Of a stretch of 64,000 nucleotides of DNA, positions 10,364 through 18,606 are shown one piece after another (within the stretch, counting starts at the first letter, position 1; each line of letters begins with the position of its first letter). Made by a program: the position numbers and the translations under genes. The notes beneath the pieces were generated by a model, which was not told where the DNA came from, made no database searches, and saw only the letters and a list, made by a program, of their open reading frames with translations. Source of the stretch: Blastocatellia bacterium (lineage in GTDB: Bacteria > Acidobacteriota > Blastocatellia > UBA7656); NCBI GenBank assembly GCA_035607285.1, contig DATNBZ010000069.1, positions 10,182 through 74,181 on the forward strand, written 5' to 3'.

Positions 10364-10945
10364 TCAGGCTTCATCTGTCGCTCCTTCCTTAATCTCGCGA
10401 TAGAGCCATGCTTTTGCCGCTCGCCACTCTCGCTGGACCGTAGCAGGCGAAATAGCGAGAACCTCGGCGGTCTCTTCTATGTTCAGCCCGCCGATGTATC
10501 GCAGCTCGACGATTCGCGCCTTCCGCTCATCCATCGCTTCGAGGCTCGTCAGCGCATCGTCAAGCGCTACGAGATCGGCCGCCTGCTCTTGAGAGACAAT
10601 TGCCGCTTCGTCGAATGAAACCTTGACGGCTCGCCCGCCGCGCTTTGCGAAGTGGCGCTTTCGAGCATGCTCAACCAATATGCGGCGCATGGCCTGCGCA
10701 GCAACCGCGAAGAAATGTGCTCGGCTCTGCCAACGCATCTGGCTGTAATCCACCAGCCGCATGTAAGCTTCGTTGACCAGCGCCGAAGTTTGGAGCGTAT
10801 GGCCCGGCCGCTCCCGGCGCATGTAATAGGCGGCTAACCGGCGGAGTTCCTGGTACACGACGGGCACCAGCTTATCCAGCGCCGCCTTGTCGCCGTTGCC
10901 CCAATCCAGCAATAGTTGAGTAACTTGATTTTGTGAGAGTGTCAC
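10364..10945 (-). CDS. ECF-family RNA polymerase sigma factor (sigma-70 regions 2 and 4), first gene of the sigma-kinase-kinase operon.
   Basis: 193 aa with region-2-like [11 protein letters not shown] and a C-terminal region-4 helix-turn-helix ([26 protein letters not shown]). It lies 44 nt upstream of kinase 1. Confidence 0.8.
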   Translation of the reverse strand: MTLSQNQVTQLLLDWGNGDKAALDKLVPVVYQELRRLAAYYMRRERPGHTLQTSALVNEAYMRLVDYSQMRWQSRAHFFAVAAQAMRRILVEHARKRHFAKRGGRAVKVSFDEAAIVSQEQAADLVALDDALTSLEAMDERKARIVELRYIGGLNIEETAEVLAISPATVQREWRAAKAWLYREIKEGATDEA

Positions 10946-10993
10946 GGCCGAATGCTCGTTTAGTCGACTGAAGAAGCCAGCTCAAACGCGCGG

Positions 10994-11019
10994 ATTATAC
11001 CACGCTCGGTTGCTGGCAA
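10994..11019 (-). promoter_or_regulatory. Candidate sigma-70 promoter with an extended -10 (TTGCCA-N14-TGgTATAAT) for the ECF sigma/kinase operon.
   Basis: On the minus strand, the sequence TTGCCAGCAACCGAGCGTGGTATAAT lies about 50 nt upstream of the sigma gene ATG. Confidence 0.35.
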
Positions 11020-11200
11020 GAACAAATGTAGGTCGTCCCTCCTCAGAAACCCTGCCGGTACTTTTTTGCATCAGGCCACGCGTATAAAGAAACTCTGTAA
11101 AGCTGCAATGTTCGTAGTCCGGCCTTCAGGCGGAAGTTCGTAATTCAACGTAAACGCATGAAAGCTCCCCAAACCTACGGTTGTGGTAAGCCCGCGTAGT

Positions 11201-11340
11201 GGGCACTGGAGTTTGGAGATTTACAACCACGAAGTGGGCGCTGGAGTTTGGAGATTTACAACCACGAAGTGGGCGCTGGAGTTTGGACATTTACAACCAC
11301 GAAGTGGGCGCTGGAGTTTGGAGATTTACAACCACGAAGT
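11201..11340. repeat. Perfect-phase tandem repeat: 4 copies of a 35-bp unit (GGGCGCTGGAGTTTGGAGATTTACAACCACGAAGT).
   Basis: Read directly. The four units differ at only two positions. Confidence 0.9.
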
Positions 11341-11660
11341 GGTTGCGACCCAAAGCCCAGGGTTGCGGTACTCCGCTACCCTGGGTGACGGTGCCGTGCC
11401 GAGACCACTCAACGGGGTGGCACCAACCCCAAAGGGGTTGCGGCGTGGCTCGCGAGGTAGATTAACGACGAATGCGGCGGGCAGTGGGTGATGATGCGAT
11501 GGCAGGCCGCAACCCCTTCAGGGTTGGGCCAAACGAATTGGGTAGTCTCGGCACTGCACGGTCACCCAGGGTAGCAGAGTACCGCTACCTGAGCTGTAAG
11601 ACGCATCCCCTTCGGGGAAATGTCCAACTCAATCCCTAAGCCTGCGGTTGAGGGATTGCA
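11341..11660. ncRNA. Candidate structured non-coding RNA or regulatory region with long-range complementary segments and a UUCG-type hairpin. Its strand and function are unknown.
   Basis: CCGTGCCGAGAC pairs with GTCTCGGCACTGCACGG; GGGTGACGGTGC pairs with GCACGGTCACCC; CCAGGGTTGCGGTACTCCGCTACCCTGG pairs with the later CCAGGGTAGCAGAGTACCGCTACCTG; CCCCTTCGGGG forms a tetraloop hairpin. No credible ORF is present. Confidence 0.35.
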
Positions 11661-11736
11661 GTCTTCCGTTGGTAGGAACTATTTCCCGGCGGCGGAAGCC
11701 ATTTCCCCGCGGCGGGAACCATTTTCCGGACGGTCC

Positions 11737-11860
11737 TTTTTACATTAGCCCAGGCGTTTACGCCTGGGTTCACAGGATTTTTACATTAGCCCAGGCGTTT
11801 ACGCCTGGGGTCACGGGATTTTTACATTAGCCCAGGCGTTTACGCCTGGGTTCACGGGAG
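11737..11860. repeat. Three tandem 41-bp units, each carrying the perfect hairpin CCCAGGCG-TTTA-CGCCTGGG. Two inverted-orientation copies lie at about 11966-11990 and 12032-12052, and a perfect palindrome CAAGCCCCGTTAACGGGGCTTG lies between them.
   Basis: Read directly. The units are nearly identical and the hairpin stem is 8 bp. Confidence 0.85.
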
Positions 11861-12325
11861 TTGTGAGTCTCATTTTCGAGCCCGATTTATCGGGCTTTGT
11901 CCACCGATCGAAGATGGCTAAAGCGTTTTTCAAGCCCCGTTAACGGGGCTTGAAGAATGTGGTAGCTCAGGATTCCCAGGCGTAAACACCTGGGCTACGG
12001 AAAAACGTGGCCGCTCAGGAGCCAAGGCGTAAACGCCTGGGTTAAGAAAAAAAGTTCTCCGTTGCCACGCCAGCGGTTGCTTCGTCGCATCGGCTCGTTA
12101 ATGCGCGCAAGACTACGCCGTGGGCGCCCCTCGTTACCATTGCCGTAGGCTTGCCAGGAGGGGCGGCCACGGAGGGCCGCCCCTAAATGTGTTTATCAAA
12201 ATGATTGTTCGCCAAAGTGATTTTTTTGGCTCGGCGTGATGGGATTCCCGATCGGTTCTCGCCATATGGTCCGAGGACAGAAGTCGAGGATCAATTCGAT
12301 TATCGAGACACGAAAGGAGAACACC

Positions 12326-12883
12326 ATGAAAAGAACACTTATGATAGCAGTCGCAATCGCCGGCGCAGTCTTCTGCGCATTTCAGTTGAGCACCCCGAGT
12401 GTATCAGCTCAGCAACAGACAGATGACAAGCTTCCGAGCAAGATCTGGAAGCGGGGCCTTGCCATCGCGCCGGTCGCCCTAAACCTCACCGGCAAAGACA
12501 AGGTCCTGGTTGGCGAAGGCAGTTACCTCGTCAACACTATGTGCGTAGACTGCCATACCTCCCCCGCATTCGCGGCGGGCGGCGATCCGTTCTCAGGTCA
12601 GCCTGAGAAGATCAATGCCGTAAACTACCTTGCAGGAGGCGAGCATTTCGGCCCGTTCACTTCGGCTAATATCACCCCCGATTCCAAAGGCCTACCCGCC
12701 GGGCTGACGCTCGATCAGTTCAAACAAATGATCCGAACCGGCTTCGACCAGGAGCGGCACCCTCAGTTCGGACCGTTCCTCCAGGTGATGCCGTGGCCGG
12801 CTCTTTCGAAGCTGACGGACGATGATCTCGAGGCGATCTACGAGTACCTTCGCGCCGTTCCACACGCTGAGCCCGCTCAGTAA
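12326..12883 (+). CDS. Secreted c-type cytochrome family protein (CxxCH).
   Basis: AAGGAGA ribosome-binding site, signal peptide MKRTLMIAVAIAGAVFCAF, and heme-binding motif MCVDCHTSP. The ORF-track start at 12236 appears to be an over-extension. Confidence 0.65.
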   Translation: MKRTLMIAVAIAGAVFCAFQLSTPSVSAQQQTDDKLPSKIWKRGLAIAPVALNLTGKDKVLVGEGSYLVNTMCVDCHTSPAFAAGGDPFSGQPEKINAVNYLAGGEHFGPFTSANITPDSKGLPAGLTLDQFKQMIRTGFDQERHPQFGPFLQVMPWPALSKLTDDDLEAIYEYLRAVPHAEPAQ

Positions 12884-12967
12884 GACGTGATGAGCAATTC
12901 TCATCAGACGCAGCCGCGACTGCGCTGCTTGATCTCAATTCAGACGACATAACAGAAAGGAGACGGT

Positions 12968-14134
12968 ATGACCAATAAGAGGTTTCCACTTTATTCACTC
13001 GCAGCGGCCCTGGTTCTCGCATTCACAAGCATAAGTGCCAGCGCCCAGTCTGCAACCACCTCAGTATTAACCGCAGGGCTGAAGACGCCTACCAGAATAA
13101 TTGTCAGCCCGAAAGGTAATCTGCTCGTCGCCGAAGCGGGAAACGGGCCGAACACCGGACGAATTTCAATCATCGACCCGGCAACGGGCAGTCGTCGAAC
13201 CCTGGTAGACGGATTGCCGTCCGGGTTTGCTCCTCCGGAGGGCGACGCGTCGGGACCTTCGGGGCTGGAGATGCGCGGGCGCACTCTGTACGTGGTTATC
13301 GGAGCGGGCGATGGAACGATGAATGGACCGGTGCCCGGAACCGAACTGCCAAACCCCAACCCGTCGTCGCCCTTCTTGAGCTCTGTGCTGTCGATTCGCC
13401 TGAGTGCACTCGCGGAGGACACGACGCAGGGCTTTACGATCGCTGCCGCCGATCAGGGGTCGTTGGGGTTTAAGAAGCTTTCGGACGGAGCCGGCAATGA
13501 ATTGGTCATCGAGTTGGTGACGAATTTCCGCAACTTCAGTGAAGAGCCCATTCCAGGGTTTCCTACAACCGTTCGGGCCTCGAATCCATTCGGCATAGCG
13601 CTTCGGGGAAACACTCTCTACGTCGTCGATGCGAGCCAGAACCTGGTCTGGGAAGTCGACAGCGATACGGGTGCGACTCGGCGCTTTGTAACCTTCGCGT
13701 CAAGACCAAACCCGTTGCCGTTCGGCCCGCCCTTCATAGATCCGGTGCCTGACAATGTTAGGCTGATGGGCAAGAGCCTGCTTGTGCCGTTATTGACCGG
13801 CTTTCCATTCCCTGGCGGCTCGGCAGAAGTGCGCAAGATCAGACTCGTCAATACCGCCAACGAGCCGTTCATCACCGGGCTTTCGTCGGCAATTGACGTG
13901 CTGCCTGCAAAGAACTCGAGCGGTCAGGATCAATTCTTTACGCTCGAATTCAGCACGGATATGCTGGCCAACGGACCCGGCCGATTGATGCGATTCGACG
14001 GCATCGGAGGATCTCGTGTAGTACTGGTGGACAACCTGATCTCGCCCACCGGCATGGCCCAGAATCCAACAACCGGAGACCTCTACATTGTAGAGACCTT
14101 CCCCGGGCTCATCCTTCGAGTAAAGACGCAGTAA
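12968..14134 (+). CDS. Secreted beta-propeller-like hypothetical protein.
   Basis: 388 aa with a signal peptide and repetitive Gly/Pro/Asn-rich blades. The product could not be assigned. Confidence 0.5.
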   Translation: MTNKRFPLYSLAAALVLAFTSISASAQSATTSVLTAGLKTPTRIIVSPKGNLLVAEAGNGPNTGRISIIDPATGSRRTLVDGLPSGFAPPEGDASGPSGLEMRGRTLYVVIGAGDGTMNGPVPGTELPNPNPSSPFLSSVLSIRLSALAEDTTQGFTIAAADQGSLGFKKLSDGAGNELVIELVTNFRNFSEEPIPGFPTTVRASNPFGIALRGNTLYVVDASQNLVWEVDSDTGATRRFVTFASRPNPLPFGPPFIDPVPDNVRLMGKSLLVPLLTGFPFPGGSAEVRKIRLVNTANEPFITGLSSAIDVLPAKNSSGQDQFFTLEFSTDMLANGPGRLMRFDGIGGSRVVLVDNLISPTGMAQNPTTGDLYIVETFPGLILRVKTQ

Positions 14135-14145
14135 CACCAGCAGGT

Positions 14146-14265
14146 CTTAACGCAAGGACGCAAAGTCGCAAAGCCGCAAAGCCGCGATAGGAAGAAGAAA
14201 AAAGACTTTGCGTCCTTGCGTCCTTGCGGCTTTGCGTTAAAGAGATCTGCTTGCGGCTTTGCGTT
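14146..14265. repeat. Family-A-related palindrome (CGCAAAG/CTTTGCG units), terminator-like between convergent genes.
   Basis: CGCAAGGACGCAAAGTCGCAAAGCCGCAAAGCCGCG is reverse-complementary to CTTTGCGTCCTTGCGTCCTTGCGGCTTTGCG. Confidence 0.7.
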
Positions 14266-15163
14266 AAGGCGACTCGGCTGAGCTGATCATCGTGCCCGCG
14301 CCTTCGTCGGTGAAGACTTCGTGCAGAAGCGCGTTGCGCCTGGAACCGTTGATGATGTGCGCGCTGCGAACGCCTCGGCGAATAAGGTGGGCGATTGCGG
14401 CTATCTTCGGAAGCATGCCCGCGGATACGACTCGGTCTCGCACCAGGCGGTCAGCTTCCTCGGCAGTCAGTTTTGAGATTCTTGAAGAAGGGTCATCGCG
14501 ATCGCGCAGGATCCCGTCGACGTCGGTAAGCAAAATCAGTTTTTCAGCCTGTAGTTTGACGGCGATCTCCGCCGCGATCGTATCCGCGTTGATGTTGTAG
14601 ATGTTACCTTGCTCATCCGCGCCGAGCGAAGAGATCACCGGCACGTAGCCGTTCTCGAGCAATAATCGGAGCAGGCTCACGTTGATCTCGACGATGTCCC
14701 CCACGTGACCAAAATCAATCGTCTCGACTTCACCGGTCTCCTGGTTCATCACGTTTTGAATTTCGCGCCGCCGGGCGTGAATGATGTTCCCATCGATTCC
14801 CGACAGCCCGACCGTTTCGCATCCCGAGCGGCGCAACGCGGACACGATGTCCAGGTTGATCTGTCCCGCGAACACCATCTTTGCGACTTCGAGGGTCTCG
14901 GTGTTGGTGACTCGCCGCCCGTTGACGATTCGTTGTTCGATGCCCAGCCGTTCGGCGATGGTCGTGAGCTGTTTACCTCCACCGTGAATGACGGCGATGT
15001 GAATGCCGACCTGTTGAAGCAAGGTGATCTCTTCGGCAAGCGAGTTGAGTTGCTCCTGGTCCTCGGTGACTTTGCCGGAGAGCTTTACTACAAAGGTCTT
15101 GTTCTTGAAACGCTGTATGTAAGGAAGCGCTTCTCGTAGTAGATCGAGTCGTTCGTTAATCAT
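14264..15163 (-). CDS. argB: Acetylglutamate kinase
   Basis: 299-aa amino-acid kinase fold (VVKLSGKV, HGGG, GG at the C-terminus), sitting within arg gene context. Confidence 0.9.
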   Translation of the reverse strand: MINERLDLLREALPYIQRFKNKTFVVKLSGKVTEDQEQLNSLAEEITLLQQVGIHIAVIHGGGKQLTTIAERLGIEQRIVNGRRVTNTETLEVAKMVFAGQINLDIVSALRRSGCETVGLSGIDGNIIHARRREIQNVMNQETGEVETIDFGHVGDIVEINVSLLRLLLENGYVPVISSLGADEQGNIYNINADTIAAEIAVKLQAEKLILLTDVDGILRDRDDPSSRISKLTAEEADRLVRDRVVSAGMLPKIAAIAHLIRRGVRSAHIINGSRRNALLHEVFTDEGAGTMISSAESP

Positions 15164-15171
15164 TGAATGCT

Positions 15172-15312
15172 CGGTTCAAGGTTCAGGGTTCAGTCTTCTT
15201 TGCATGCTTTGCGGTCCTTTGCGTCTTTGCGTTGAGAATTTTCCGCGCCGTTGAGAATTCTCGGTGGTTCTCAACGCAAAGACGCAAAGGACCGCAAAGC
15301 ACGCAAATAAGA
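15172..15312. repeat. Family-A palindrome in the argF-argB intergenic gap.
   Basis: TTTGCGGTCCTTTGCGTCTTTGCGTTGAGAAT is reverse-complementary to ATTCTCAACGCAAAGACGCAAAGGACCGCAAAG. Confidence 0.8.
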
Positions 15313-15316
15313 AGAA

Positions 15317-16324
15317 CTAAATCATTGAAGCCAGCACCGCCTTCTGCACGTGCAAGCGATTCTCAGCCTCATCAATTGCCGCGTTTTGCGGACCATCCAA
15401 CACCCCATCCGTCACGACGACGTTCCGGCGCACGGGCAGGCAATGCATGAACCAGCCCTTGTCCGTCGCTCGCATGATCTCTTCGTCCACGCGCCAGTGT
15501 TTGTACTCCTGTCTGAGCTGTATGTCGGCTTCCACGCGCCCGTAAAACTGCTTCGCGCCCCAGCTTTTTGCGTAGACGATCCGCGCCCCTCGACAAGCGT
15601 CTCGCTGATCGCGAGAGACTCGAACGACACCGCCGCTTGAACTCGCTCCCGCCTGGATCTCGGCAATGGTTTCATCGCCGAGATCATATTCCGGCGGACA
15701 CGCAATCGTCAGATCGAGCCCCATCTGCGCCGCGACCAAAGCAAATGAATTCGGCACAGCCATCGGCAACGGCTTGGGATGATAAGCCCACGACAGAACT
15801 ACTTTCTGATGTGAGAATGCTCCGAGCTTCTCCCTGATAGTCATAGCGTCGGCCAACGCTTGAAAAGGATGGTGCCTGGAGGATTCGAGATTAAAGACCG
15901 GCGCGTCGCTGTGTTCTGCAAAGCCTCGAACGACGCTATCATTCATCTCCTCTTCGTAGTTCTTCATTTCGGGAAACGCTCGCACGCCGATCGCCGCAAC
16001 GTAGCGCGACAGCACACGGGCGGCTTCCTTGATGTGCTCGGTTTTGTCGCCATCCATCACGACGTTCTCGCGATGCTCCAGACTCCAGGTACCTTTGCCG
16101 ACATCGAGCGTGACCGGGTTGCCGCCGAGATCGAAGACCGCGATCTCCATCGAGGCTCGCGTTCGAAGCGAAGGATTGAAAAACACCAGCGCGACGCTCT
16201 TGCCTTGAAGCGGCCGCTCTCGATAATCGCCGGCTTTGATCTTCGTCGCGAGATCGATCAACGCCGTCAATTCGTCCGCCGTGAAGTCCGCGGTACTGAG
16301 AAAATCTCTTCCTCTCATGTTCAT
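15317..16324 (-). CDS. argF: Ornithine carbamoyltransferase-family enzyme (ATCase/OTCase fold). It has a divergent carbamoyl-phosphate motif SLRTR instead of STRTR, so it may be an N-acyl-ornithine transcarbamylase type.
   Basis: 335 aa with FNPSLRTR near the N-terminus and HCLP near the C-terminus, typical of the OTCase/ATCase family, in arg context. Confidence 0.8.
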   Translation of the reverse strand: MNMRGRDFLSTADFTADELTALIDLATKIKAGDYRERPLQGKSVALVFFNPSLRTRASMEIAVFDLGGNPVTLDVGKGTWSLEHRENVVMDGDKTEHIKEAARVLSRYVAAIGVRAFPEMKNYEEEMNDSVVRGFAEHSDAPVFNLESSRHHPFQALADAMTIREKLGAFSHQKVVLSWAYHPKPLPMAVPNSFALVAAQMGLDLTIACPPEYDLGDETIAEIQAGASSSGGVVRVSRDQRDACRGARIVYAKSWGAKQFYGRVEADIQLRQEYKHWRVDEEIMRATDKGWFMHCLPVRRNVVVTDGVLDGPQNAAIDEAENRLHVQKAVLASMI

Positions 16325-16337
16325 TTGGGGTTTGACT

Positions 16338-16434
16338 CTCTTTTGCGTTCTTTGCGGTCCTTTGCGTCTTTGCGTTGAGAATTCTCAACCAGGAATTCCT
16401 AACGCAAAGACGCAAAGGACCGCAAAGAACGCTA
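16338..16434. repeat. Family-A palindrome in the argD-argF intergenic gap.
   Basis: Same arms as at 15172-15312. Confidence 0.8.
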
Positions 16435-16444
16435 AGAAGCAACC

Positions 16445-17626
16445 TTATCCGAGAGCGATCCCGCTCAGCTCATCCAAAAACAAATCAATCTCTGCTCGCT
16501 TGAGCGTGAGCGGCGGCAACAGCCTCAGAACACTCGGATCATCCGAGAGCCCGGTGATGATCTTCCGATCGAGCAGCCCCTGCTGCACGGGCTTTGCGCT
16601 CCCGCCCGCGAACTTTATTCCGACCAGGTAGCCGAGCCCTCGCACTTCCTCAACCAGCAACATCTTTCTCAGCTTTCGAAACAGGTACTCGGAATTCTCG
16701 CGAACGTTCTCGAGCAGCCCTTCATCCCGAATAACATCAACCGTAGCCTCGAGCGCCGCGCACGCCAGAGGTCCTCCGCCAAAAGTGGTTCCCAGATCGC
16801 CCGTCTTTATCTCACCGGCAATCGCGTCGGTCATCAGCAGGGCGCCCATCGGCACTCCGCTGGCGATGCCTTTCGCGAGCGCGGCCATATCCGGCACGAC
16901 GCCCAGTTGCCCCGCGAAAAAGAACTCGCCGGTCCGCCCCATCCCCGTTTGCACTTCGTCGTAGATCAGCATCGCGTTAGCTTCATCACACCGCTCACGC
17001 AATGTTTGGTAGAACTCCGGCTCGGCCATTCGCACGCCGCCCATCGATTGAATCGGTTCGAGGATGACGGCCGCCGTTTCTTCATCAAGCAATGAGCTCA
17101 CGGAGTCAATGCTCCCGAACTCGGCGTACACGTGGCCCTCGAGAAGCGGCGAGACGTTCTCGCGATACTTGGCCAGCCCGGTGGCGGAAACCGATCCCGG
17201 GGTTCGCCCGTGAAACCCGCCTTCAAACGAAATGATCTTCTTCCGGCCGGTCAGCATCCGAGCGATCTTCATCGCGTTCTCATTAGCTTCGGTTCCCGAG
17301 TTGACGAAGAACGCTTTCGAAAGATCCGGCGGCGCAATCTCGACCAGCTTTTTGGCGGCTCGAGCGCGTGCGTCGTTGTAGACGAGATTCGAATAGAAGA
17401 TCAATCGCGAGGCTTGATCAGTGATGGCCTTAACGATGCGAGGATGCGAATGTCCGGTCGACACAACGGCATGCCCGCCGTAGAGATCGAGATATCGCTC
17501 ACCCTCTGACGTGTAGACCCAAACGTCTTCGCCACGTTCTATTACGAAAGGAAACTTCTTATAAGTCGCGACCTGGTATTGCTCTTCGATGTCGATCAGG
17601 TTTTCGAGTGTTGGTTGTGTAGTCAA
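16445..17626 (-). CDS. argD: Acetylornithine aminotransferase (class III PLP aminotransferase).
   Basis: 393-aa class-III aminotransferase pattern (GGHAVVSTGHSHP ... DEVQTGMGRTG), in arg context. Confidence 0.9.
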   Translation of the reverse strand: MTTQPTLENLIDIEEQYQVATYKKFPFVIERGEDVWVYTSEGERYLDLYGGHAVVSTGHSHPRIVKAITDQASRLIFYSNLVYNDARARAAKKLVEIAPPDLSKAFFVNSGTEANENAMKIARMLTGRKKIISFEGGFHGRTPGSVSATGLAKYRENVSPLLEGHVYAEFGSIDSVSSLLDEETAAVILEPIQSMGGVRMAEPEFYQTLRERCDEANAMLIYDEVQTGMGRTGEFFFAGQLGVVPDMAALAKGIASGVPMGALLMTDAIAGEIKTGDLGTTFGGGPLACAALEATVDVIRDEGLLENVRENSEYLFRKLRKMLLVEEVRGLGYLVGIKFAGGSAKPVQQGLLDRKIITGLSDDPSVLRLLPPLTLKRAEIDLFLDELSGIALG

Positions 17627-17648
17627 CTCTATGTTACTCCGAAAAAGA

Positions 17649-17733
17649 GTTCGTAGTTCGGCCTTCAGGCGGAAGTTGGTATGTGAGTGGTCCGGAAAGC
17701 GTTACGAACTTCCGCCTGAAGGCCGAACTACCA
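17649..17733. repeat. Family-C palindrome (GTTCGTAGTTCGGCCTTCAGGCGGAAGTT and its reverse complement).
   Basis: Read directly. Related copies are at 11110-11143 and 34481-34569. Confidence 0.75.
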
Positions 17734-17819
17734 ACACCGACCATGGCGAATGAACACGCATCCTAACAACTACCATCTTCATAGCACGCCATAGTATTAT
17801 CGAATCGCCGGAGGCATCT

Positions 17820-18119
17820 ATGACAACCTCTCTGAAGGATCCGCTTCATACGCCCGGCAATATGCCGGCGTCTTTGCGTCGCGACGGCGCTATCAACCTT
17901 GAGGTTAAACAAGGTGTCATCATCTTACGAGCCTCGAAAGGTGTCCAGGATCGCATTGAATCATTGTTAAACAAACAGCAAACCGCAAAGCTGACTCGTT
18001 CCGAAAAAAGAGAATTACAACAGTACGAACAAATCGACGACTATTTGAGTTTGTTGAATCGTCTCAGCCGCAATCTGGCGCAGTCTCAACAGGCCCAAGA
18101 GGCAGCCGGTGCCCCATAA
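17820..18119 (+). CDS. Small hypothetical protein, partner of the downstream HNH endonuclease. The coding sequence is low-GC.
   Basis: 99 aa. It overlaps the start of the HNH ORF by 11 nt and has visibly lower GC than its neighbours. Confidence 0.5.
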   Translation: MTTSLKDPLHTPGNMPASLRRDGAINLEVKQGVIILRASKGVQDRIESLLNKQQTAKLTRSEKRELQQYEQIDDYLSLLNRLSRNLAQSQQAQEAAGAP

Positions 18120-18555
18120 GCTCTCCGCCTCTGTTCAATCGCAAGTTCGTCAGCGCGCCAGCTTTCTGTGTGAGTATTGCCACACCGATGAAACGTGGCA
18201 GTACGTTCTCTTCTCGATAGATCATATCGTTCCAGTCTCCGAGGGCGGCGAAGACCATCTCGAAAACCTGGCCCTGGCCTGCTTCCACTGCAACCGCCAC
18301 AAATCGAACAAGCAGATAGCATTCGATCGAGAGACAGGGCAAACGCTTCCTTTGTTCAATCCGCGCAAACATCGCTGGCCAGACCACTTCATCTGGTCAC
18401 GCAACGGTCTGCTAATGGTCCCTCTAAGCGCGATTGGACGAGCGACCATTGATTTGCTCGAACTCAATCGAGAACGCATTCAACAAATCCGCGCGGCTGA
18501 TGTAAGCATAGGTCGTCATCCCCCTTTTGACGACCCGGTTCAACCAATAGGATGA
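18109..18555 (+). CDS. HNH endonuclease
   Basis: CEYCHTDETW...DHIVPVSEGGEDHLENLALACFHCNRHK is a classical HNH (His-Me finger) motif with two CxxC pairs. Confidence 0.8.
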   Translation: MPHKLSASVQSQVRQRASFLCEYCHTDETWQYVLFSIDHIVPVSEGGEDHLENLALACFHCNRHKSNKQIAFDRETGQTLPLFNPRKHRWPDHFIWSRNGLLMVPLSAIGRATIDLLELNRERIQQIRAADVSIGRHPPFDDPVQPIG

Positions 18556-18606
18556 GCGTAGCGATGCTGCGATCGGTTGACTACCCATATATCGATCGCG
18601 ATCACG

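Noticed and set aside
11183-11491. ORF-track ORFs (102 aa and 88 aa) spanning the 4x35-bp tandem repeat
   Set aside because: The translations are internally repetitive (…EIYNHEVGAGVWRFTTTKWALEFG… repeated) purely because of the DNA tandem repeat. There is no ribosome-binding site or start context, and the region is otherwise non-coding.
11341-11660. RNase P RNA / tmRNA / SRP RNA identity for the structured segment
   Set aside because: Universal motifs are missing (RNase P GGAAAGTCCGGGCUCC and AGGGUGAAA; the tmRNA tRNA-like ends and tag ORF; the SRP GGAA/AGCA tetraloop domain). It is left as an unclassified structured candidate.
11201-11860. Possible CRISPR array
   Set aside because: The repeat units are directly adjacent with no unique spacers. 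The 41-bp units are identical, including the would-be spacer portion. No cas genes or leader are present.
14146-16440. Family-A palindromes as ARG boxes (ArgR operators)
   Set aside because: ARG boxes in characterised systems are AT-rich 18-bp imperfect palindromes in promoter regions. These are GC-rich 30-45-bp stems located at gene 3' ends and within operons, which fits REP/terminator-like elements better.
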